Shown here: positions 55,528 to 64,000 of the stretch, one piece after another | Layout: each line of letters begins with the position of its first letter | How positions within the stretch are numbered: position 1 is the stretch's first letter | DNA from: Patescibacteria group bacterium | GTDB lineage: Bacteria > Patescibacteriota > Patescibacteriia > UBA10025 > JBIOWE01 | Assembly (NCBI GenBank): GCA_044868145.1 | Contig: JBIOWE010000004.1 | Location: forward strand, 9,395-73,394 | Direction: 5' to 3' | Length of the DNA: 64,000 nucleotides | Notes under the pieces: model-generated | Database searches by the model: none | Told to the model about the DNA's origin: nothing | What the model saw: the letters and a program-made list of their open reading frames with translations, nothing else | Translations under genes and position numbers: made by a program

Positions 55528-55643
55528 AAGGGTCAACCCAGCACCACTTTTACAAAGCCGTTCAAGTATTGGAAACCATACTCTACGTTGCGGTCAGTGC
55601 ATTACGCCGTACGTAATACAAAAAGTGGTGCTGGGTCAATGCA
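55528..55643. repeat. Second copy of the roughly 110-nt inverted-repeat element (GTCAACCCAGCACCACTTTTA ... AAAAAGTGGTGCTGGGTCAATGC), immediately upstream of the ZIP transporter gene
   Basis: Arms complementary over 13-15 bp. The end sequences are near-identical to the suf-promoter copy, while the interior differs. Confidence 0.5.
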
Positions 55644-55695
55644 AAAAGGGGCCAATGAACGGCCCCTTTCACTCGTATTGAATAAATTTCCATCC

Positions 55696-56598
55696 TCAAT
55701 TTTCAGCCGTGTTCGTATTCTGATTCGTATTCGTTGATTCTGCTTGATCCTGCGCTTGCTGCATTTGTTCATTAATGCGTTCCTGCAATCTGGTACGCAA
55801 ATCATTATAATGCTGTTCCATCCGTGTTCGCGCTTCCTCAAATTGTTGCTGTCTCTTTTGGACCAGATCAGGGTTGACATCCTGCAATTCCGCCAATTTT
55901 TCTTCCCACTTTGCCTTACGGTCGAACAATCGTTGCTCAGACTCCGCTTCCTTTTCGTCAAGTTTGGCTGACTTCTCGTCCAGTTTTGCCTGAAGACGGG
56001 CCAGACGGTCGTTCAGCTGCTCGTCCGCTTGACTTACCTCGTCTTCAATTTGTTGTTCTACTTCTTCGCGCGTCAATTTACCGTTCTGAAAATGTTCGAT
56101 AAACTTTTCGAGCATTCGTTCGTGATGGGCTTGAACTTTTTCAATTACTTTCGCGATTGAATCCTTTGCCTGGTCGGGAACTTGGTCATAAACACGGTGC
56201 AAAACATCCAGGTGGCGATCCGTAATGTCTTCAAGTTTTTTCGTCAGTGTTGTAATGTCCTGACCATTATTTTCGGCGGCGGTCGCTTGCTCTTGCGCTT
56301 CATTAATATACTGTTCTTCATTCTCTGAAGCTTCATCAGCCTCATCGCCTTTGGTGTCGTTTCCCATTGCCTGCGCTTCAGCAACTTTCTCTTCCGCGTA
56401 TTGAAGCGCCTTCTCGGCTTTTGCTTCTGGGCCGAACGCTAGGAGAAGACCTAGTTTTTCACCCCATCCGTCAAGAAAATACCAAGGGCTGTCTGGTGTC
56501 ATGCCGGGGTTCACCGTATTTGCGTCTTTCGCAAAAGCGGCGGGTGCAATGGCAAGAGCCAGGGCAAAGGAAAGTGCAGCATAGTGCATTTTTTTCAT
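55696..56598 (-). CDS. Secreted coiled-coil protein (signal peptide MKKMHYAALSFALALAIAPAAFA); function unknown
   Basis: Start set at the internal ATG with an AGGAAAC RBS. Glu/Gln-rich, predicted helical. C-terminal NTNQNTNTAEN tail. Confidence 0.55.
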   Translation of the reverse strand: MKKMHYAALSFALALAIAPAAFAKDANTVNPGMTPDSPWYFLDGWGEKLGLLLAFGPEAKAEKALQYAEEKVAEAQAMGNDTKGDEADEASENEEQYINEAQEQATAAENNGQDITTLTKKLEDITDRHLDVLHRVYDQVPDQAKDSIAKVIEKVQAHHERMLEKFIEHFQNGKLTREEVEQQIEDEVSQADEQLNDRLARLQAKLDEKSAKLDEKEAESEQRLFDRKAKWEEKLAELQDVNPDLVQKRQQQFEEARTRMEQHYNDLRTRLQERINEQMQQAQDQAESTNTNQNTNTAEN

Positions 56599-56705
56599 AT
56601 TGTTTCCTTGAATCGATATTTTCTTAATATTTAAACAATGTTTCGGCATCTAGTATACCTCAAAATACAGAGTATGTCAATAATAAATATGATATAATAC
56701 AAGCT

Positions 56706-58418
56706 ATGCACAACGCCTTTTCCGAAATCGGTCTGGTGATCGTCTTGGCTGCTCTCCTCGGTATCATTGCGCGAACGCTCAAGCAGCCGACGATCCTCGC
56801 GTATTTCGCCACCGGGATGATTGTTGCTGCCATCGGCGCGATCGACGCGAACAGTAGAGACATTCTCGAAGTAATGGCAACGTTTGGCGTAACGTTCCTT
56901 CTGTTCCTGGTCGGGTTGGAAATGCGGTTCAGCAATTTCAAAGGTATTGGCAAGGCGGCTCTGTTAACTGCGATAGGACAAATCGTTTTTACCGCCCTGA
57001 TCGGATACGGCATTGTCCGCTTGTTCGGTTTTAACCCGCTTACGGGATTCTATATTGCTGTTGCGCTGACGTTCTCGAGTACCATCATTATCGTCAAACT
57101 GCTGTCGGAGAAAAAAGACCTACAGAGCTTATATGGGAGAATCGTGGTTGGATTTTTGATCGTTCAAGATGTCGTGGCAATCATGACGCTCATCATCCTT
57201 GGTTCGTTTCAAGAAGCTGGCGTATCATTTCATCTTGGACTGGTGGGCTTGTCTTTACTAAAAGGGTCAATGATTATCGCCGCAACGCTCTGGCTTGGCC
57301 AAACGGTGCTCCCTTGGCTTTTTGAAAAACTGGCAAAATCTCCCGAGCTGTTGTTTATCACGAGCATTGCGTGGGCATTCGGATTCGCCATGTTTGTGAG
57401 CAGCAAAGCGATCGGCTTTTCGATTGAAATCGGCGGCTTCCTTGCCGGGCTTGCGCTAGCGCATTCCGCAGAAAAGTTCCAAATTGACGCAAAAATCAAA
57501 CCGCTGCGAGATTTCTTCATTGTGATGTTTTTTGTGATTCTCGGATCATCGCTCATTCTCGGCAGCCTCAAAGGAGTTATCGTGCCGGCCATTGTTCTCT
57601 CGTTGTTTGTACTCGTGGGCAACCCGATTATCATGCTTATTATCATGGCGATTCTCGGATTTCGGAAGCGGACGAGCTTCCTGGCGAGTATTGCGACGGC
57701 TCAGATTTCCGAATTCAGCCTCATCTTAGTGGCGCTTGGCTTAAAGCTTGGTCATATAGACGAGCAAGCCGTTTCTCTTGTAACCCTCGTCGGTGTCGTG
57801 ACCTTTTTGATTTCGACCTATATGATTCTGAACAATGAGAAATTATTTAGAATATTCAGTCCCTATTTAAAAATCTTTGAGCGGCCGGCGCCGATGGAAC
57901 AATTGGCTTCGATGCCCGAGAAACAAGGCCATATTATTTTGGCAGGCGCGCATCGGCTCGGCCAGCGCGTGCTTTCCGTTCTGGATAAAGGGCACGTCGT
58001 CGTGGTTGACTTCGATCCGGAGATTGCCCATCAATTGCGCAAACAGAATTACCGGGTGATCTTTGGAGACATCACTGACCTCGAAATACAAGAACACGTG
58101 AATATAGAGAAAGCGCAGGCGGTTATTTCCACTATTCCCAGTCTTGAAGACAACCTGTTGATTCTGGAAAGCATTCAGGAATTGAAAAAACAGGGCAAGG
58201 TCGTCCCCCTCGTCATCGCAGCCGCAACCGAAGAATGGGAAGCAAAAATTCTGTACGAAGAGGGCGCGGACTACGTTATCCTCCCCTATCTCCTCGGCGG
58301 ACAACAACTTGCGTCGCTTATTAAACAAAACGATCTTGATCTCAAAACGTTAAATCAATTACGGAAGCATGATATACAATTTCTTGATCGTTCGGTAAGG
58401 GCTGGGACTGCTTCGTAG
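56706..58418 (+). CDS. Monovalent cation:proton antiporter (CPA2, Kef/NhaP-like) with a C-terminal RCK/TrkA-N domain
   Basis: About 12 TM helices followed by an HIILAGAHRLGQRV Rossmann (GxGxxG-like) motif. 570 aa. Confidence 0.85.
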   Translation: MHNAFSEIGLVIVLAALLGIIARTLKQPTILAYFATGMIVAAIGAIDANSRDILEVMATFGVTFLLFLVGLEMRFSNFKGIGKAALLTAIGQIVFTALIGYGIVRLFGFNPLTGFYIAVALTFSSTIIIVKLLSEKKDLQSLYGRIVVGFLIVQDVVAIMTLIILGSFQEAGVSFHLGLVGLSLLKGSMIIAATLWLGQTVLPWLFEKLAKSPELLFITSIAWAFGFAMFVSSKAIGFSIEIGGFLAGLALAHSAEKFQIDAKIKPLRDFFIVMFFVILGSSLILGSLKGVIVPAIVLSLFVLVGNPIIMLIIMAILGFRKRTSFLASIATAQISEFSLILVALGLKLGHIDEQAVSLVTLVGVVTFLISTYMILNNEKLFRIFSPYLKIFERPAPMEQLASMPEKQGHIILAGAHRLGQRVLSVLDKGHVVVVDFDPEIAHQLRKQNYRVIFGDITDLEIQEHVNIEKAQAVISTIPSLEDNLLILESIQELKKQGKVVPLVIAAATEEWEAKILYEEGADYVILPYLLGGQQLASLIKQNDLDLKTLNQLRKHDIQFLDRSVRAGTAS

Positions 58419-58536
58419 AACTTTGCCTTTAAACGAAAAAGAGAGTGCCATAAATGATTGATTGATAATAATTCCGCCAAAGCCTAAGAATAATAATTTA
58501 AGCTTCTTAATAGTTTCAACTATAATGACAATAGCA

Positions 58537-60969
58537 TTATACTCGCTGTTTCCTTAACCGTAATGCATTCCCAATCACAGAAACAGAACTAAAACTCATG
58601 GCAGCGGCAGCAATCATGGGGCTGAGGAGTAACCCAAACGCAGGGTAGAGAACACCGGCAGCAATAGGCACGCCAATTGTATTGTAAATGAATGCGAAGA
58701 AAAGATTCTGTCGAATATTACGCATCGTTGCCCGACTAAGTTTGATGGCACGAACAATCCCTCGCAGATCGCCTTTCACGAGCGTCACACCTGCGCTTTC
58801 CATGGCTATGTCAGTCCCGGTACCCATGGCAATGCCGACCTGCGCTTGCGCTAATGCTGGCGCATCATTGATGCCATCCCCAGCCATTACAACAATGCGC
58901 CCCTGTGTTTGAAGTCCTTTAATGATGTTTGCTTTTTGATCCGGCAAGACTTCTGCCCGCACCTCATCAATGCCCAATTCCTTGGCTACAGCTTCAGCCG
59001 TAGTCTTGTTGTCGCCAGTCAGCATCACAATTTTAATACCTTCTCGGTGAAGTTGCTGTACTGCTTCTGGAGTAGTTTTCTTGATAGGATCCATGACGCC
59101 AAGAAGTGCAACTATTCTCCCGTTGGCCACAACAAACATGACCGTCTGACCCTTCGCTCGTAATGGGTCTGCCTGGCTTGCTGAAGTATGAGTCCCGAGT
59201 TTCAGGTCACTCAGGAGAGAAGCGTTTCCAAGTGCGACTGATACGCCATCAACCGTGCCAGTTACACCTTTGCCTGTTTTTGACGAAAAGTTCGATGCTG
59301 GTGAGAGCTGGATTTTTCGTTGCAATGCTCCAGCCACAATTGCTGCTGCCAATGGGTGCTCACTTCCGCGTTCAAGGCTAGCTGCAAGCTTCAGGACATT
59401 ATTTTCTTTTATTTCAGCCACTGCGACTACACTGACAAGTTTTGGCTTCCCTTCAGTGAGCGTGCCAGTTTTATCGACCACGAGAGTGTTTACCGTACGA
59501 AGTACCTCAATGGCTTCGGCATCCTTGAATAGGACGCCGATGGTTGCACCTTTTCCAGCCGCAACCATGATTGACATCGGGGTAGCTAATCCCAGCGCAC
59601 ACGGACAAGCAATGATGAGAACGGCCACCGCATTAATAATGCCGTAGGCCATGCGTGGTTCTGGTCCAACAATTGCCCAGACAATAAACGAAGCGAAGGC
59701 AATGACGACAACGGTTGGAACGAAATATCTCGAGACACGATCTGCCAGCTTTTGAATCGGCGCCCGACTGCGTTGTGCCTGCGCGACCATCTGGACGATG
59801 CGTGCCAGCAATGTATCAGTACCCACCTTTTCTGCTTGCATAACCAAGCTAGCGGTTCCATTGATGGTTCCACCAATAACACGGCCATCAACATGTTTCT
59901 CCGAGGGAATCGGTTCTCCGGTGACCATCGATTCATCGACGGCGCTTTGTCCTTCAACGACTTTTCCGTCGACTGGAATCTTTTCACCAGGCCGCACGCG
60001 GAGTCGATCACCAACCTTAACCTGATCAAGCGAAACATCTTCTTCGAGTCCGCTTTGATCAATGCGGCGTGCAGTTTTTGGCGCCAACCCAAGGAGTGAA
60101 CGAATAGCCGAACTCGTTCGGCTTCTGGCGCGAAGCTCAAGTACCTGTCCAAGCAGGACCAGGGTAACGATTACGGCAGCGGCTTCAAAGTAAGTTCCGA
60201 CTCGTCCGTGCGAATCTCGGAAAGTTGTAGGAAAAATATCTGGCACAAAAACAGCTAAAACACTAAAAAGATATGCCACAGACACACCAAGCGCAATAAG
60301 GGTAAACATGTTTGGACTGCGGTTCACCATTGATTGCCAACCTCGTACAAAAAATGGCCAACCGCCCCAGAGGACAACCGGAGTCGCCAGGAGTAACTCC
60401 AACCAGGCCATGAGGTTGGGCGTTATTAACTTTTCAAGTGGCTGCCCCGGAATGAGTCCACTCATGACAATAATGAGAAGCGGAACAGTGAAGGCCACCC
60501 CATACCAAAAGCGACGACTCATGTCGACGAGCTCGGGATTCTCCGGCTCTTCAAGGCTCACGGTGCGTGGCTCGAGCGCCATACCGCAGATCGGGCAAGT
60601 CCCAGGCGCATCGCGTACAATTTCCGGGTGCATGGGGCAAACCCATTCTGTCTTATGCACTGGGGCTACTGGCTCCATTGGTTTCAGTGCCATGCCGCAT
60701 TTCGGACAACTGCCTGGGTCTTGTTGTTTAACTTCTGGATCCATCGGACAAGTATACGCTGCCCCGTTTCCTCCTTGTGCTTCCGACTCTTTTTTTGCTT
60801 CTGATCTAGCGACAGCTCTTTTGAGAAAACGCTCAGGATCAGCGTGAAATCGTTTTAGACAACGCGCGGAACAGAAAAAGTACTGCTGGCGTTTGTATGC
60901 CCATGTATGTTTCGTATCTGATTGGACGGTCATGCCACAGACCGGATCAATGTGAGTCGTCGTGGTCAT
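58537..60969 (-). CDS. copA: Copper-translocating P1B-type ATPase with N-terminal YHS/TRASH-like and two CPMxPE metal-binding modules
   Basis: DKTGTLT phosphorylation site, CPC transmembrane metal site ([12 protein letters not shown]), GDGINDAP hinge. N-terminal DPVCGMTV...YFFCSARC plus YTCPMDPE and WVCPMHPE modules. Confidence 0.9.
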   Translation of the reverse strand: MTTTTHIDPVCGMTVQSDTKHTWAYKRQQYFFCSARCLKRFHADPERFLKRAVARSEAKKESEAQGGNGAAYTCPMDPEVKQQDPGSCPKCGMALKPMEPVAPVHKTEWVCPMHPEIVRDAPGTCPICGMALEPRTVSLEEPENPELVDMSRRFWYGVAFTVPLLIIVMSGLIPGQPLEKLITPNLMAWLELLLATPVVLWGGWPFFVRGWQSMVNRSPNMFTLIALGVSVAYLFSVLAVFVPDIFPTTFRDSHGRVGTYFEAAAVIVTLVLLGQVLELRARSRTSSAIRSLLGLAPKTARRIDQSGLEEDVSLDQVKVGDRLRVRPGEKIPVDGKVVEGQSAVDESMVTGEPIPSEKHVDGRVIGGTINGTASLVMQAEKVGTDTLLARIVQMVAQAQRSRAPIQKLADRVSRYFVPTVVVIAFASFIVWAIVGPEPRMAYGIINAVAVLIIACPCALGLATPMSIMVAAGKGATIGVLFKDAEAIEVLRTVNTLVVDKTGTLTEGKPKLVSVVAVAEIKENNVLKLAASLERGSEHPLAAAIVAGALQRKIQLSPASNFSSKTGKGVTGTVDGVSVALGNASLLSDLKLGTHTSASQADPLRAKGQTVMFVVANGRIVALLGVMDPIKKTTPEAVQQLHREGIKIVMLTGDNKTTAEAVAKELGIDEVRAEVLPDQKANIIKGLQTQGRIVVMAGDGINDAPALAQAQVGIAMGTGTDIAMESAGVTLVKGDLRGIVRAIKLSRATMRNIRQNLFFAFIYNTIGVPIAAGVLYPAFGLLLSPMIAAAAMSFSSVSVIGNALRLRKQRV

Positions 60970-60971
60970 AG

Positions 60972-61529
60972 TTATTCGAATTGCAATTCAATCTTATCTT
61001 TGTCTTGCATCATGTATTGATCAAACTCCGTATTCGGCTGCCCATTGACTGTCATCGTCAATCGCCCGTCAGTTCCGTTACATGAGTCTAATAAACAAGT
61101 AGCTGAAAACTGCTTTCCCCAGGCCTTAAAGAATTGACCTAGTCGGATATCATTTTTCGTTACTCGGCCTTGCATTTCGAGATGGATGGTGGGCAAATCT
61201 TCATGGGTATGGATGGGCCCATGAACAGCGCCCAGGCCGATGTTCTGGGGGATTGTCTCTTCCTTTCCCTTGACGGTAATCGTAAGCTGCGGGTGCCAAT
61301 GCAATCCATTTCTTGATACAATATCCGATTCCGGAGTTGGCGAATGTGAGGCTGCTTGCCAGACGAGCCAACCGATCCCTCCTCCGATCAGTAGAATTAC
61401 CAATGCCCAAAGGCTTACGCGCTTTATTTTCCGACTAGTATTTGTGCGGTTGCGGTCGGCTTCTTTTTCTTGTTTATGCCGGAGCCGGCGTTGGTGCTTG
61501 GTCAGGTGCTCTTCAGGTACTTGATCCAT
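60972..61529 (-). CDS. Membrane-anchored hypothetical protein with a His-rich extracytoplasmic segment ([11 protein letters not shown]); in the cop operon
   Basis: Basic N-terminal tail, one TM. Co-directional with copA and 2 nt from it. Confidence 0.5.
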   Translation of the reverse strand: MDQVPEEHLTKHQRRLRHKQEKEADRNRTNTSRKIKRVSLWALVILLIGGGIGWLVWQAASHSPTPESDIVSRNGLHWHPQLTITVKGKEETIPQNIGLGAVHGPIHTHEDLPTIHLEMQGRVTKNDIRLGQFFKAWGKQFSATCLLDSCNGTDGRLTMTVNGQPNTEFDQYMMQDKDKIELQFE

Positions 61530-61540
61530 GATCTAGAATG

Positions 61541-61759
61541 TTAGTTAGTCTCGACCGGCTCAACCGGATACCCTTCGGCATCGAGCACCTCCTTAAGCTT
61601 CATCGGGTTGACCGATTCCTCGTGTTCCACTTTTAATGTCTGTTTCATTGAACTGACCTCGGCCTTTTTCACGCCAGGAGTATTTTCGCAAATTCCTTCC
61701 ATCTCCATGGCGCAGGACAGGCATTCAAGATCGACGATTCGAAATGTGGTTGTGGGCAT
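61541..61759 (-). CDS. copZ: HMA-domain metallochaperone (CopZ-like), atypical ECLSC metal-binding motif
   Basis: 72 aa ferredoxin-like HMA pattern (...VDLECLSCAMEMEGICENTPGVKKAEV...). Confidence 0.7.
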   Translation of the reverse strand: MPTTTFRIVDLECLSCAMEMEGICENTPGVKKAEVSSMKQTLKVEHEESVNPMKLKEVLDAEGYPVEPVETN

Positions 61760-61760
61760 A

Positions 61761-62777
61761 TTACACTGCGTTAATCGTGCCAGAAAACATACCCATGCCG
61801 CAGGTGAATGTATACTTTCCTGGCTGCGGGAAGGTTACGGCAACCGTGGTCGTCGAACGTGATGCGACTTGTTGTTGGATACCTAGTTTCGGGATACGGA
61901 AAATACTGGTACACCCTAACTGACCCTTCGCGACCAGGCTCAATTGGACTTCTTTACCGGTGGGCACGGTAACGGAGTTTGGGGCGTAACCGCTGGTCGA
62001 AACTTCAATCACCGGCCCAGAGTCAGCTGTCTCGGTTGTCCTTGTCGATTCACCTGCACGGCCACCACTCAGAGCCGCACTCCAAGCAGCCTTTTGATTC
62101 TGAAAAGAATACGGGGAGTCAGTAAGGTTCAGGACGCCGTTAAACGTATAGAAACCCAAGGTTATGACAACTGCCGCAGTAACGTACTTCAGTCGCCGTT
62201 GCAGGAGCGTCGAACCTTTAGCGAGAAACCCTACCAAGAAGAACAGTGGCGCTGTGCCAAGAACAAACGCAAACATGATACTAGCGCCTTGCCATGCGCT
62301 ACCAGTGGTTATGGCCGCGACTTCCATCGCCTGGGTCGTACCACAGGGAATAAAAATTGTCAGTAATCCAAGCATGGCTGGAGCGAGTAACGCTTCGCTT
62401 TTGGCGCTCTTGCGCACTAGGCGTCGCAACATCGCCGGAGGAGAGATTTGGAACCAGGGAAGCCATCTTGGCTTCAATAGTCGAATGCCCGTAACAACCA
62501 TGAATAAAGCGGCAAATGACAGTAGCCATATTCTGGCATTAGTGGTCAGTTGGATTTTCTCACCAAGCGACCCAAGGCCAAAACCCAGAAATGAATGAAT
62601 AACTAGCTTGGCGATTAAGAAAGCTGACACCGGCAAAATGAGTCGCTGCCAACCAGACAAGGCCTCATCATCTTTCTGGCGAAGAGCGAGAAGACCAAGT
62701 AATAACCCGCCTTGTACGGCTAGGCATGTAAGTCCACCAGTACTCAGGCCTGTAAGAAATGCGGTGAGTGGATTCAT
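61761..62777 (-). CDS. Polytopic membrane protein (DsbD_2/permease-like, conserved Cys in TMs) fused to a C-terminal cupredoxin-like, Met-rich domain (YTFTCGMGMFSG)
   Basis: About 8 TM helices. C-terminal roughly 100-aa beta-rich segment with Cys/Met ligands. Part of the cop operon. Confidence 0.5.
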   Translation of the reverse strand: MNPLTAFLTGLSTGGLTCLAVQGGLLLGLLALRQKDDEALSGWQRLILPVSAFLIAKLVIHSFLGFGLGSLGEKIQLTTNARIWLLSFAALFMVVTGIRLLKPRWLPWFQISPPAMLRRLVRKSAKSEALLAPAMLGLLTIFIPCGTTQAMEVAAITTGSAWQGASIMFAFVLGTAPLFFLVGFLAKGSTLLQRRLKYVTAAVVITLGFYTFNGVLNLTDSPYSFQNQKAAWSAALSGGRAGESTRTTETADSGPVIEVSTSGYAPNSVTVPTGKEVQLSLVAKGQLGCTSIFRIPKLGIQQQVASRSTTTVAVTFPQPGKYTFTCGMGMFSGTINAV

Positions 62778-63066
62778 GGTTTAGTAAGCGGTTAGATAAT
62801 GATGCGTTCGTTGACAATTTTAAACAATCCTATAAAAGGTTGATTCGAATAGTTTACTTCCCGCCGTACAATTGAGGAATAATGAGAATGGCTCCGAGTA
62901 ATAAGCAGGCCACAATGCTAATTGCTAGCCCGAAAAGAAAGGTCAGTTTTGACGACGCGCCAGCTAGGAGACTTGATGATTTTTTTTGTTGTTCCATCTG
63001 AGAAAAGAAATTAATAATGTAAACAGACCGCTAACCCAAATATAGTGGGAATGAGCGGGAGAAATA

Positions 63067-63504
63067 TTAAACTGAGTACGTTTGCGGCTCTACAACAACG
63101 GCAACATATTGACGTTCAGGAGAGAACTGCCGATACAGGGTATCAAAAAATGCGTGCTGAAATAGTCGCCAGCGTGAGCCAGGCGGAGGACTGAGCGCAG
63201 TTGAAACTGGCTGCGATAGATTCTCCCCGCGACGCGAAAAAGAATGAACGAACAGAAGAGTAAAGAGAAAAAAGCTAACCATGCCAAATAGTTTGCCGTC
63301 GGGAGTAATACCTACAAGGTTTTGGTGCATAGATTGACACGAGGTACTCCCACTCATCATGTTATTACTGCCTACTACCATCGTTGGCACCGCGCTACAC
63401 AAAAAAACACCCGCCAAAACAAAGATAGTCGCTATTTTGAATGTCTTCTTGTGGATATCGTAGGTCATTACTACATAGTATAGTAGACTATGAAGAAATG
63501 TCAA
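63067..63504 (-). CDS. Hypothetical membrane protein of 145 aa
   Basis: Two TM helices. No recognisable motif. Confidence 0.4.
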   Translation of the reverse strand: MTFLHSLLYYVVMTYDIHKKTFKIATIFVLAGVFLCSAVPTMVVGSNNMMSGSTSCQSMHQNLVGITPDGKLFGMVSFFLFTLLFVHSFSRRGENLSQPVSTALSPPPGSRWRLFQHAFFDTLYRQFSPERQYVAVVVEPQTYSV

Positions 63505-63661
63505 AGATTAATCCCAAAGGAAAATTTTGAGAATCGTCTTGTGCCAATATGGATCAAACTGGTATACTGCCTTTGTTTCTCTAAAATTTTTTTAGAGAAA
63601 CACCTCGAAAAAAATTGGCCTGATCTTTGAAATCAACAATCAATAGGAAAGGAGGTTCCGT

Positions 63662-64000
63662 ATGTCACGTACCTTGAAGCCTTTCTCGATTTGGCGATAT
63701 GGCTTTGTGACGATTTGTCTTTATGCAACTCTACTCATACTGTTTATTTTTCTTGTTCCTAACTGGAAGAATCAAATCGCCGCCGGATGGATATCGATCG
63801 CAGGCGTGTTCCTTGCGATGAATCTCTTCAACTGCTTCTTCGAGTGGGGGTTTCATCGCTACGTGCTTCACACGGTTTTCGCTCGATGGTTGCAGATCTT
63901 CGCGGAAAAACACCGCCTCCATCACCGACTGACGCCGGTCAAATACATTCGCGATCCTTCAGGACCGACCCATCTCGTGAAGCATCGATACCCAATCGTC
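63662..64000 (+). CDS. Fatty-acid hydroxylase / sterol desaturase superfamily membrane protein, N-terminal part (the gene continues past the window end)
   Basis: ATG at 63662 preceded by AGGAAAGGAGG. Histidine boxes HRYVLH and HRLHH. Not in the ORF track because there is no stop within the window. Confidence 0.6.
   Translation, partial: MSRTLKPFSIWRYGFVTICLYATLLILFIFLVPNWKNQIAAGWISIAGVFLAMNLFNCFFEWGFHRYVLHTVFARWLQIFAEKHRLHHRLTPVKYIRDPSGPTHLVKHRYPIV

Noticed and set aside
60308-60847. 179-aa plus-strand ORF
   Set aside because: It is antisense to copA.
62854-62997. 47-aa minus-strand small membrane ORF (MEQQKKSSSLLAGASSKLTFLFGLAISIVACLLLGAILIIPQLYGGK)
   Set aside because: It is hydrophobic and plausible, but it has no SD, is below the size threshold, and has no supporting context.
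1-64000. CRISPR arrays, rRNA genes, transposases/integrases, prophage genes
   Set aside because: I scanned for regularly spaced direct repeats, rRNA-like segments and recombinase motifs and found none. The only repeats are the short palindromic elements reported above.

Overview
This 64 kb window looks like a compact, gene-dense bacterial chromosome segment. Its gene content suggests a CPR/Patescibacteria-like reduced genome; that is inference only, and the evidence is the LCP protein, a giant Ig-repeat surface protein, archaeal-type AMP phosphorylase, short intergenic gaps and co-directional gene arrays. Most genes lie on the minus strand.

In order, the recognisable genes are: the 5' end of a class II ribonucleotide reductase (nrdJ), nrdR, ftsZ, ftsA, dgkA, ybeY, two membrane-anchored Asn/Thr-rich thrombospondin-type-3-repeat proteins, and a 2966-aa cell-surface giant protein. 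These are followed by a YqeY/GatB-domain protein, rpsU, HIT, hisS, lepB, a tRNA cluster, a GT2 glycosyltransferase, an LCP protein, pth and mfd. Then come dprA, topA, NUDIX, an AHSA1-like protein, malQ, an O-antigen-ligase/TPR membrane protein, parB, parA, a second tRNA cluster (Met, fMet, Leu) and lgt.

A thiol-disulfide locus follows: three DsbA-like proteins and CcdA, downstream of a BlaI / M56 (BlaR1-like) regulator pair. Next are a ferredoxin, Fe/Mn-SOD, a sufCBDSU operon, an AMP/thymidine-phosphorylase-family enzyme, nth, ispH, a ZIP transporter, a secreted coiled-coil protein and a CPA2 antiporter. The window ends with a copper-resistance operon (CopA, CopZ-like, a membrane protein with a C-terminal cupredoxin-like domain) and the start of a fatty-acid-hydroxylase-family gene.

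No CRISPR array, rRNA or obvious transposase was found.

The observations most worth a second look are:
- A tRNA(CAU) gene whose anticodon loop is interrupted by about 104 nt that carry a complete tRNA-Val(CAC), closed by a 12-bp helix.
- A repeated roughly 110-nt inverted-repeat element upstream of both the suf operon and the ZIP transporter gene.
- REP-like palindromes flanking ispH.
- The BlaI / M56-regulated Dsb cluster.
- A GC-rich hairpin-dense region next to the tRNAs that I could not identify.

Everything here comes from manual reading of the sequence and the six-frame ORF track. No database search was run.
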